This document shows positions 1 through 12,000 of a stretch of 64,000 nt of DNA, one piece after another. Position numbers and translations under genes: made by a program. Origin of the DNA: Ruditapes philippinarum. Its lineage: Eukaryota. The DNA is taken from the NCBI RefSeq assembly GCF_026571515.1, contig NW_026856986.1:310001-374000 (forward strand), in the 5' to 3' direction. The number at the start of each line of letters is the position of its first letter. The stretch's first letter is position 1. Under the pieces are notes generated by a model, which was given only the letters and a program-made list of their open reading frames with translations, searched no databases and had not been told where the DNA came from.

Positions 1-10
1 CTGACATATG

Positions 11-92
11 TTTGCGGTTCGGATCGGAATAGCCTCGTTACTGCCAAATGGGCGGGTCACCTCGGGACGGATATTCCGATCCGAACCGCAAA
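11..92. repeat. 21-bp perfect inverted repeat (hairpin), probably the end of a non-autonomous DNA element
   Basis: tttgcggttcggatcggaata (11-31) pairs with tattccgatccgaaccgcaaa (72-92); 40-nt GC-rich spacer. Confidence 0.7.
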
Positions 93-839
93 ATATATCA
101 GATATTACTATTCTGTTATTGAATACTGGTATGTCCGATGTAAAATATTTAAATACTTATTTACTGTTCGTTTTTAAGATATTCCCTTTGTTTTAGTCCG
201 ATACAAGCTCTCTTCATTCATTTGTTTTGATTAAAGATATGCATGTACTTTCCTCACCTGTGAGTAAAATATTAATATCGCCCAAACCTATTAAAGTCAA
301 CAAAATTCTTACTGAATATGTTTAATTTGAATAAAGAAATGTGCCACTATGTGTGGGAAGTAAAGTTGGTCCTTTGGTTTAAAAAATAAACTGCCATTTT
401 TATTGACATTTTGTATACATATAAATTTATATCATGTTTATCTACAGTGAGTAGAGTTTTGAACAAAACATATCTACTTTGTGTGAAGCTAAAACATGTT
501 TATTTTATATTTACAAAGAGACTAAGTATATAAACTGATTGTCATTATTGTCGGTTCAAAACCCCTGTTTTATATTAATTTTTATTTTATTTTATTCATA
601 TATTTATTCAGTTTTCTTGTTAAATAATTTTATTCAACTGTTTAGCTTATCAGTAAAGCTATCATAATAGCAACTTAATTAAACCACAGGGTCAGTTTTA
701 TGAAAAAGGTTTACTTGTCTACTACAGGCAACAAATGGTGTTTCAGATTGAAATGATTACAGCATTTATGCCATCATTTCTTTAACTTTGTAACAAATCT
801 CCATGAATCGAAATATCAATATAAGACACGGATATTTAC

Positions 840-3560
840 CTGATGTCCATTCAAATTTCTCCTCCGCGTTTCTGTCATGGAGTCCTAACCATATGGTATG
901 ACTCTTGATACTTTCAAGATAGTGAAATAGGAAATCCTGCTCCTCTTGGCTTCTTATATCAACTAATTGACCCTTTTTGCTCAAACAATTCTTTTCCGCA
1001 TGTATCCACGAGACTTTTGTTTGAACAACTTCGTAACATTTGTTTCTGAATTGAGCAAGCGTAATTGATGGGGTATGCTTTGCTTCCGACTGTAAAATCA
1101 CAGGGCAGAGATTTGTATGACCTATGAAAAATGATGAATCAATTTCTAGTTTTGGTTTTAACATTATGATTACATTTTCAATAATAAACCGTTCAAGACA
1201 TTGGTTTTAACTTTCTAAAAAAAATAGAGACTTATGTATAATATAGATTTTGTCTACATTTCACGATAAATGCATGTGTTATAAGCTGTAGTTAATACTT
1301 TTACGAAAGAATATCTATAAACATTGCGTATTTAAACACTTTATTTTATTCAGACTGTACCTTCTATTAGTGTAACAGTTGTCTGAAATGTAACTCGTGG
1401 TGTACTTGGCAAAGTGCTTGTAGTGACAACAGTTGTTGATGTCTTAGCAGACGTTGACGGGGAAACGGTTGTTGATTCAACAGTAGTAACATTTTGTACA
1501 TAATTGCTTAACGGTGATGAAAATCTATCAGTAGTTGTTGGAGGAACTGTCGGTTGTGTGACTTTAATTTTGAATGGCGTGCTTGAACCAATAGTGGACC
1601 TTGATGTGGAATTCATTGCAATGAAGCTCGGTGTAACTTTCGTTGATGAGGTGACTGATGTAACATTCATTGAAGGATTTAATGTTGTCAGGTTTGATGG
1701 TGCTGTTGAAGATGGTATCGCTGCGCTTAAAGTTTTTGAACTAGTGAAAGGTATAACTGTTGATGCTTCGGGAGTAGTAGTGGTAACATTAAATCTTGAA
1801 ACCGTTGTTTGTCTAACTGTGACAGGTTTGGTAGATGCAGCTGTCGTGGTCGTAACAACAGTTGTTCTGGTGCTTGAGGATGTTGTGGGAGAAAGAGTTG
1901 TTGTGGAAGGCACTGAAAATATACGTTTGGGGTTAACTATTAATAAAAAACTATAAGAAGATAAGCAGATTATTTAAAGGTTCATTATATTAATATTTCT
2001 TTTTTTTTCAATAACAGGGTTTTCTTCTGCTACAATTTTTTAACATAAGGAAAGTACCACGAAGCCACAACGAATTTTAAACAGAGAAACAGTGTTCACA
2101 TGTATACAAAAAGACCTCAGATTTTTGTTTCGCTCAGAGTTTTCACTTTATGAAAAACACAATTTATCCAAATCATTAGTATTACCAATTGTCACCTGAA
2201 ACCGAACTAACAATACTAAATTATATTGGACAAGTTGACAGCTGTTTAGCAAATGCAAACAATAGAATGATATTGGTACTCGACGATGTATAATGATCTC
2301 TTTATTTCACACGATCAATTCCTAAACAGAAAACATAGTAAACAGTAAAATTAAGGAAAAACCTCAATATATTATATATAAGATACAGTTATTTTGAGTA
2401 CAATACGAATTTAATACGGAATTGATTGACATGGGGCTTAACTGAAAAAATTACATGATAAAATTAATACATTTATCCTCGTCCGGTATGCTCCCTGGAC
2501 ATGTTTGTACTTGTAACTGCGCATCTTCTTCAACAAAACCTAACTGAAACAAAACGTAAAATTTTATGTTTAATGGTCATTATCAAATGTGCTGTAGCTT
2601 TAGTGAATATACTCCCCTGAAAGTAGTCATTCTTGTTTTGAATTTTATTAAAAAAAGAAACATCCTCAAATAATTATAATAATAGACCCTTGAAATACTT
2701 TAATGGAAGTACCATTTGACAGGAAATATATTTGCATATTTGTCGGGAAAGAACATTTGAGATGTCCTTAAGTCTCCGTAACATATGTTTATTCAAGTGC
2801 ACCATGTGGATATTTTTTCAATTTATCAAAATGCATCTAAAGATCCACCGTCATGTTCTTATTTGAATCATTTCTTAATTGATTATCAAACCAGCTTTAA
2901 TCATCAATTCAAATGTAAAACATAAAAATAAAATGGCAAATACGAGCAAGTAATACATATTTGACTTTAAAACTAAAGAAATAATGAATGACATTAGACT
3001 CATACCTTATGTTCAAATGCTAATGCCAACCAACCACTAGCTGCTGTGACCCCAGCCGATGGTTTACAGTCAAACTCGTACATATATCCTAATAACTTCC
3101 CACTACTGGAGGTCTGTTAAAAATTTAAGCATGAAATAAATAACGCTGAAGTAGGAACCATACTTTGCTTATTATTTAATGATTTCTTATTTGACAGCGA
3201 AAGAGATTTATTTTGAAACTGTACATTAAATTTCAAAAGGTCAATTGGAAAAACGCTTAGAAGTTACTTTTTATTCACAATTCGAAGTAAGCCAAATCGT
3301 TTCTATTCAATCATCGGAAAAGGAAAAAAGGTGCTCTTGTATTTTGTAAAAGGTCTCAATATTTCCATCTTTGATATATGGAAATGCATTTTTATCTGAT
3401 TTAATCTGGTTTAATTTACAGTTGAAGAACAATTAAAAAATTTGTATACAATTACCGTTTGAAAAACAGACTTTTCGACATTGTAGTTGCAAATACATTT
3501 GTAGTCGCAATTAACTCGTACTAGAACCGCGGATAGAATGGAAATGATGAACGTTAACAT
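840..3560 (-). CDS. Gene A (3'-partial): secreted SH3b-like domain + mucin stalk + C-type lectin domain protein
   Basis: Phase-compatible GT-AG exons: 3456-3560 (MLTFIISILSAVLVRVNCDYKCICNYNVEKSVFQT, signal peptide), 3006-3113 (TSSSGKLLGYMYEFDCKPSAGVTAASGWLALAFEHK), 2471-2543 (LGFVEEDAQLQVQTCPGSIPDEDK), 1361-1912 (Ser/Thr/Pro-rich mucin), 840-1121 (CTLD first half: LCP..CYEV..SWIHAEKNC..IWLGLHD..FEWTSG). Exon-for-exon paralogue of gene B; the remainder is presumably left of the window. Confidence 0.85.
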
Positions 3561-6010
3561 GCTTTCTGAAATGTAAATCGTTCAAAGTCATACCTTAAGA
3601 CACATTAAGCTCTGTTCAATTTTTTACCCCTTAAAAATTTATGTCTTAGAATTCTAAATTTTTTTTAAATGAGTTTTAAAAATAACTTTTAAGATGAGAT
3701 GCCGGAGAAAGTTACTGCATTTAAAAATTTTTTGCATAAAAAATACCAAATGTAAAAAAAGTAGTTTTTGATTTTCCCAAAATAAAATTTAAAAAAACTT
3801 TCTTTTAATTGTTTAAAAACAATGAAGCATTTGCAAATGAATATTTTTTTATTCTTTAAAAACTATAACAAGACACTAAAAATAAAAAGCTTTAACAAAA
3901 ATAAAAACATTTCTTGAACAATATTGTTATTAAAAAAATCATTTGCTTAATAGGATGTAATTAAATGTTGCAATATGATTTTAAAATCGCATATAATCAT
4001 TTATAAAGTAAATATTAATAAAATCAATAAATATCTAAAATAAAAGACTCAGTAAGCATTCCTATGATTTCTTCCATTCTTAGATTATCTTCCCTTTCTT
4101 TTCCATATATGTAACTTTATATAGTACATAATATTAATAAAGTAATGATAATATCATCTAAACCATCATGATCTAGCAATGTTATATAATAATGAATAAA
4201 AATGTGTTTATTATAAACCTAAAAACACATCTCAAATACTTATCATATAAACCCTTTGATGTCTATATCGACTTATTGTAACAACTTTTTTTATTTTATA
4301 TAGACGTTACTTTATACCACAACGTATCAAGACCTGAAACTGTAATGAATAAATTATAATTTAAATTATTACATTTTAACAAAAATAGATTTTGGTAAGT
4401 ATAAAAATCATACCTTTTGAAAAAAAAATCAATGTTGTTTTTTATCTTCTTTTCAGTTACAATAATATAAGCACTAAGTATGATAAAGATCTTACTTGTA
4501 AACAAAGACTTTTTTCCATAAGGCCACTATTTTGTCACCTTACTTTCAATAATACTCTATTTTTTCACCTTACTTTCAGTAATACTCTAAAGATAATAAA
4601 AACAAGGACTGTTTAAATTCGTACAAAGATTAACCTAAAATATCATAATAGACCTAATTTAAGGTTGTCTATATGTTGAGTTACACTTTGAGACCTCTTC
4701 TAGCTCCGTTCAAAGCCAATGTTCTAACGCAGCGCCAGTTCTTCTATGACCAATTTCCATAAAAAACTGTTCAGATATCGCTTTTTGAGATGCCGTTATA
4801 TATTTTGAAAGAGAAATTTAATACAATATGATTCATAGAAAAGGAGGATAAAGTATAAATTGGCGCTTATTAAAACATTTTCAAGTATTTGTAAATAAAG
4901 TAGAGTATAGGAGGATTAAATAATAGAAATATTTTATAACTTTAATGGCTCTGGACCGATGTAATAATAACAATAACTTGATGAGTGGGAAAGTCACTTG
5001 TCACTGCTTTAACATGCAGAGTAACTGCTATACACAATGTGTACGCAGATTCTTTTTTACTTCGGATAACTATTCGATTTTCTTCTCATTTTTATAAAAT
5101 TTTGATAAACCGATCGTCATGACAGGCATTTATATGGTCAATATTTGTAAGTATATAACTTTTAAGAACATAATTTCTCTTTAGTCAGTATTTTTTTTGT
5201 ATGTTTATTTGTTTGTTAGCTTGTTTAAAACTCCGACAGTTTTTGGTAATATCAAAAATTACCATTTTCTCAGCAAATAAGCTATATCTAATCCCCGGGC
5301 ATAAAAAGAAGAAACATTTTAAAATATTGTTTGAAAAAAAAAATTTTACAAGGGGAATTTTTTTGCGCCAGGGTCTGACCAGGAATGCTGCTTTAAAAAA
5401 CCCATAACCTCCCTTTTTCAGCGATAAATTAAAAATTTTTGTCGGTACAAACCTTGCGTCTCCTTGTTTCGCTTTTACAAAAGGGACTTTTATAAAGAAA
5501 TAATTATTCATAAGTTGTTTGATTCAATATTATTTGTATTTTGATCAGCCAAAAAAAATTTGCGTGTATTAAATTTACGGGAAAAAACATTAAATTTCAG
5601 AAAAATTATCAAAAACCCCTTAAACCTGGAAATAATAGCCCTTTTTCTACCGGACTTATACGTTTGCTAAAAAAATTCACATCTTCACCCTTTACCCCCA
5701 AAAACTTAAACGTTTCCCAAAAATTGCAGTTTTGGGGTTATTTATGTAAAGAATTAAGTAGATTAAGCTTAGTGATAACCAGTTAGCGTTATGTAGTTAA
5801 AAAAAGGTAAAAATATATGTTCAGGGCTGTAACGGAGGCATCCGAAGATATTAATCTGTAAAGTGCAAATGTTTACAAATCGAAAGAACAAAATTCATAC
5901 TAGTATATAAAGTACAAACTAAAGTAAGGCGATATATAAGGTCCTTTATTTTTTATTTTTTGAGATGCCAAAGATTATGTATTGCAAAGACAAAACAATT
6001 CCAAGAAGAC

Positions 6011-9000
6011 CTAGCCAATAAAGGAAGGCCCTGATACAGTATCTGAAAAAGAAAAATTAAATTTTAGATTCATGAATAATTTCAAATGATAAAGAAGTAT
6101 GTATATAGATAAATTTAAATTTTTTAACTAAATAATAATGTCTTTCAAATCAACCCTTTACCAGTCTTCCTTAGAATGTAAATCTAAGAACTCCGATGAG
6201 TTTTTCACATATATTCAGTGTTTGGTGTTAATTATCTGAAAAGAAGAGATACACCTTTTACCATAAAATAAGCAATCATTCCATGATAACAATATATTTC
6301 ATATTGATTAAATAAAGGCTTAATTCGGGCTAAAATTATTGTTCTTTAAAACCAATAATTCGCTATAACCGTGCTTATCATATCAATCTAGGATACATAT
6401 CGTAGTCAATCATTGTATACATTTTATATTTGTTTATATTATTATTGATGTTGTTTTTGCATTTGTGGATAAGGAATTAGATTTTTATTTCCAACGTTAC
6501 AGTTTTCATTTCCGTACCACTTGTTATAACGATAATAATATAATCCTTCAAATTTAAAGCTTAGAACATTTTATTGATTGACAATTATGAAAAACTTGCT
6601 CACTGTATTGACAAAGAACGGGGTGAACTTCACCAACAGCATGGCTATGATGGTGAGAGGATACTGTATGTCCGCACGGGATATCGTCCCACTCCCCATT
6701 TTTGTACGGAATAAACGCAACACAGTCTTCAACACTGTGATCTACAAAGTTACTCAGATGTCCTGGTACCCAGTTAAAGTAGTGAGCAGCGTCCCCTGGG
6801 TCAGAAAAATAATGTTAACAAATCATGGAACGGCTCATGTGCCTGGTATATGACTTTTCTTTTTTTAAATTCACGGCTGTATCTTATTCATTACTAAATT
6901 TCATATGTCTGGCTAAACTCTTTCAAACAGTACATCCCAAGTAAGTAAACTGTCTAAAATTCGACCAGTCTGTTACTTATATAGATTTCTTTATTGTTTC
7001 CTTATTTCAAGAACATGGTTTTACAAGATTCGAGCAATATGACACTCTCACGACCCGTGTCACTGATTGTGAAAGCTATCCAGCTAGCTTTAAGCTACTT
7101 TAGGAACGCCCGTAGGTTTTTTAAGCTTTTTCCCCGTGGGGTCCCTAAAAAATTTGCCCCGGGGCACCGGAGGTCTTCCCCAAACCAGAAAAGCTAGAAA
7201 ATCTTTCATATGACCTCCCACTTTTTTGGGTTTATGATTTTAAAACCAAAAAAAAAAAGCTTTTGACTTTAATTATTCTTATTTTTTTTTAGGGAAATTT
7301 ATAAACCCTTTCCCATCATTTGCATTTAGAAAATGAAATTTTTAATTTAGAATATTACATTTTTTACCCCCAAAATTTCGTGGAAAGTTTGTAAAAATGC
7401 CATTTCAGTTTTTATCTCAAAATATGAAAGGTTTATATTTTATCACCAGATAATACAAAAATTTTAATTATAAAATGTCTCCCGGGCAATGCCCTATTAA
7501 CATACCCAAACATTTAAAAGTGTTTAACCCGATGTCCAAATTTGGGAAAGTGTTTCATGGAGCGATAGTAAAGGCCGATCCAAACAGCATGATGGGGAGA
7601 ATACCTGTGCATAAAACCCTGAAGAAACTTTTGTTCTTTAGCATTACGTATGTGTGCTAGATGCCCTCCTCTATTGTGACAAAATTGTTCTGCTTGGTGC
7701 CAAGTCTTTTCAATATCGGGAACAACTTCGTAACAGTTCTGACCATACTGACCAAGGGAACCACCGTCTCTTGATACTTGCGAATGTAAATGCTGCGAGC
7801 ATAGATTCAAATTCCCTGTAGGTATGGCAAATGCGTTGGAAATTTAACAGTTTGACACAAAAACAAAGATATTGGCAATAAATTATAGGTATAAAATAAG
7901 AGATACTTAAAAAATAATATAATTATTTCCGTGCATATTACTCACATATTTATATAAATCATTGAATATTTCATTTGTCTAGCAGTTGTACGTATGCTCA
8001 CTTTATTTCCGTTCAAATATTTCCGTGCCATCAGCACATCCTGGAGGATATATAGTTAACATTTGCAATGGAATCGGCAAATTAGTTTTCATACCTGTCA
8101 GCTATTATGATAATTTTTAGTCATAAAGATAGAACTATTACAGTAGCAAAATAACAAATATAATTTAAAAGATAATTATAATTATTAAAAAACGATAATT
8201 GAGCATATACGCAATTAAGAACGCTACTTTACCGTCCGGAGCGTGACCGGAAGTTGAAACTGAAAACAAATAATTGAGAAATAATATAACAGGGATTATC
8301 GTTTATTTTATTTTAAGAATTAATCTAAATATTTCTAAATTTAAATGAAATATGTGTATAAAATCCACGTGATTTTTAGATATTAATAATATTTCTGTAT
8401 TAACAGCCAAGCAAAGTTAACCACGGCCAAGTATTTCTTGCTCCTTGACATAAGAAAATTATAGCTTATAGTAATAACAACTTAATGCAAGTCATAGTTA
8501 AGTCCTGACAGCAGATTCAACACTTGAGTCTAAAAATAAACCGCATGGCCACTATTTATTGTATAACTATTTTGTAAAGAAGAATAAACATATGTTGAAA
8601 ATCAAAAATTAAAAAATACTAACTTACCTGCAGTTGCATTTTTAATAGCTGTAAAGATCAATTATTGTGTTAAGGCCAATTTGAAGTATACCATTGACGT
8701 CATATAGTGTGACATATTACATTGACGTCATACCAAATGAAGAATAATAATGATTTTAAAAAAGTGAAGTTTAACATTGACTTCATGTAAAGTGAATTTT
8801 AACATTGACATTATATTAAGTGAAGTATTACATTTACTTCATATCAAGTGAAGTATGACAATAACCTTATATAAAGTGAAGTTCAACATTGACTTCATAT
8901 CAATCAAATATTTACATAGACTTTTAAAAATTAAGTGAAGTATTACATTTACTTCACATCAAGTCAAGCGAAGTATAACATTGACTTCATATTAAGTTAT

Positions 9001-12000
9001 AATAAGCATGATATATACCGAAACAAAGTAGCTCATTTTCTTTACATAAAGCTAAGACTAACATTGACACCATATGATATCGAGTTCTTTTTATACGCAG
9101 TCATTACGCATTAATCAGAAAAGGGGCAAAACAAAAGTAACTTCAAATTTTCTTAAATTAAATATACGACAATCAAATAATTGAATATTTGATGAATCTA
9201 GAAAGTATAACTGATAGAAGATGATCAATACAGGCAAAAATAGTATTTTATCTTCTCATCTCTCGTTCGAGAAAACAAATTAAAAAGGAGGTTAACTAGC
9301 TGTATTCTTCTTTACTTAGATATGACTCTGCAAAGAACATTTATTTTTTTTTGTTTCTGCCAGGAGTAACTTTTTTTTCTAAACTTTTAGAATTAAGATA
9401 ATCAACAAAGTTCACGATTATCAAATGGAGAGGAAAAATAGAAAACGGTTGTCTATAATGAATAAATTCGTGTCATAGAGAAGGTTAATGATAACAAAAT
9501 AATAGAAAACACCGAGGTATTTTGACAATAAGGGACTGGAAATATTTCAACGCAATTTTTATACCAACGGATCTATTTCTGGACAAATATCATGTGTGCA
9601 AATATTCAGCTGATTCCGTCACCCCGTTTTTTCAAGAATATTTTTTTTATTGTGAAAATAACTGAAATATGAATTGCTTTCCACTTAAATTTGGCTAAGA
9701 ATTGCACAATTAATTAATTTAATTTCAAGTTTATTTCTATGTTACCCATTGCAGATTTTTCCAATTTAATTGCTTCACTTGATATTTGTAAGATTTTCAA
9801 ATGTTATGTTTTATGCCTTTGGACCTCAGATGAGTTCATTTAAGATGTTTGAAAACATATACAAACCATATTGGCAAATATATGCATGTCCATGTCCGTG
9901 AACAACTTCGGTATGATGGGTGTCCCCTCCGCAATTTACGTCATCCCATTGGCCAGTAGTTGCTTGCATAAATACACAGTCTTGATGACCATGGCGATGA
10001 TTCTTGCGACCAGGTTTCCAGTTTGTATAATTCAAGGAATCGCCTGAAATATTTATTTGTATATTACATTTTTTATCGTTACGCAAACGATTTTTGACAT
10101 TTATATCTCAAACTTTACATTCATGGGATTAGTATACTAAAATGATGTTTAAGTAAATAAAGATGCACAATTCTTTGTGAGTAACTTATCAAAGTAATAA
10201 CTACTGAGAATGGTTTGTTTTATGACATAATGATAGATATAAATCGTCTTTTTCAACTACTTTATTGCACAGCTATAAAAATGTACATTTCAATAAAAGG
10301 CATTGCACGTTTTTACGTGCATTAACATCTTCAGAAGTACGGGGACACATTTTAAGCCCGAGCCCGCAGAACGAGGGATTTTATTAGTCTGAGGTTAAAT
10401 GTATGCGTCCAAATTGGTAATTCCGCGTTTCGTTATTCTGTATTTCGTACAAAGAAAACATTGCTTTTGCCATTCGTTCCACGTGCTAGTGCAATGTCAT
10501 TTGTCAATTGTTTTGATTATATTACGTTGCATTGAACTGTCTTACATTGCACCTTGAGTCTCGCATTTTAAAATACGCAACAGCGGCCCGCGGTCATGAG
10601 AATCTATCCGTCAATGCATGTTTTCTTCTTCGTAAATGTATACCTGTGAATACATTTGTTATGCAATAATAACGTTTAAAAACCTGTGCTGTAAGGATTG
10701 CAGATTGTATGAAATACATTTATTCGAAAGACGGAGATAAATAATTGAAAATGAATATTTTTTGCCTTACCAGAAGACCATTCAAATTTCTCTTCATAAT
10801 TCCTGTCGTTTAAACCAATCCAGGCAGTATGTCCACGATGTTTCACAAGAAAGTTGTAAATGAAAGCTTGCTCCTTTTGATTAGCAATATGCGCTAAATG
10901 CCCGCCGTTATGTTGACAAATGGACTCTGCGTGTGACCAAGTTACGTTAGTTTGGTCAACTTCGTAACAGTTCTCTCCAAATTGTGCAAGAATTGCATGA
11001 TCTCTCTTAGCAGCTTGATGAGTCCGGCGCGAACATAACTCTAGATGTCCTTGAATTAGAAATAAGACAGACATTTACATTTGTTCCTAAATACCCTATA
11101 TGTAAAACTTTTTTCACACACTTCAGACAGATTGTCAAAAAGCAAGTCTAAATGTAACACATAACTAGCACTCTATTTCTGTGATGGTTTGCAGTAATAG
11201 TTTTCTTTCAAATACCATAACATACCATGTTGAACTAATTCTTTAAGGCCCACCTAGTCCCTAAAATGCCATCTTTTACATTTTGCACACTCATTTCATA
11301 TTTCGCATTCTGTTTCATTTAACAGAAAAACACTCAGTGATCATATACCTGTTACATCCTTTGCTCTTTTTTATTTGCTTTTTGCAATAACAACAGTTAC
11401 GATGATTAAGTATTTTTTTTTAAATCAAAATGCCACTTTGTTTACATTTTTGTGACGATATGCCAATTTATTTAATATATTTGGCGATACTAATTACCGG
11501 TGATTAGCATATAATATGTTTTTAAATTATTATCTAAACAATATTACACATAAGTTGGACATTTCCACAAAAATCAGAGGCAAAATGCACCTTACGTATT
11601 TGTATATACAAAATAAGCAGAAGGAGTATCATGCATTCTTTATCCATGACTTTCATTATAATATTATAATAAGCTAGCTAAAATGTCTTTTGAAGATGTT
11701 ATTGAAAGTATATGTTATATACTCTTATTATTATTATCATCAATTCCCCTTCCAAAGGTATAGTTATAATTATTTATATACAAAATTCCCTTGTTCTCTT
11801 GTTAACTCTATGCTATTATAACGCTGACGTTTTGTACTTAATATAAAAAAACAACTAAGCTGTTTTTTTTTTGTAAGTTTGTTTTGTTTTACGAAAATAA
11901 ATCTACCTTTGATTGTATTTGAAGTTATATACGGAGTGCTTGTTGTTGAAGATATTGCAGTTGTCGCAGTTGTTGGAATTTCTGTCGCTTGAGTCGTTAA

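Noticed and set aside
258-287. Possible 30-nt phase 1-1 micro-exon of gene A (LGDINILLT)
   Set aside because: Splice sites are plausible, but the second half of CTLD1 should precede it and was not found between 288 and 839; it cannot be supported without transcripts.
1504-1956. Val-rich plus-strand ORFs (also 12011-12280, 42937-43361, 54500-54712) that look like membrane proteins
   Set aside because: They are antisense shadows of ACN-rich Thr mucin exons on the minus strand.
4490-4805. Candidate non-coding first exon and TATA box for gene A (similarly ~16410-16520 for B)
   Set aside because: Only a donor-like site and an AT-rich motif; too weak in AT-rich DNA without TSS data.
10300-10675. 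Probable transposon remnants (also ~16700-18200, ~25330-26060, ~45270-45500)
   Set aside because: Composition suggests repeats, but no termini, TSDs or second copies could be shown within the window.
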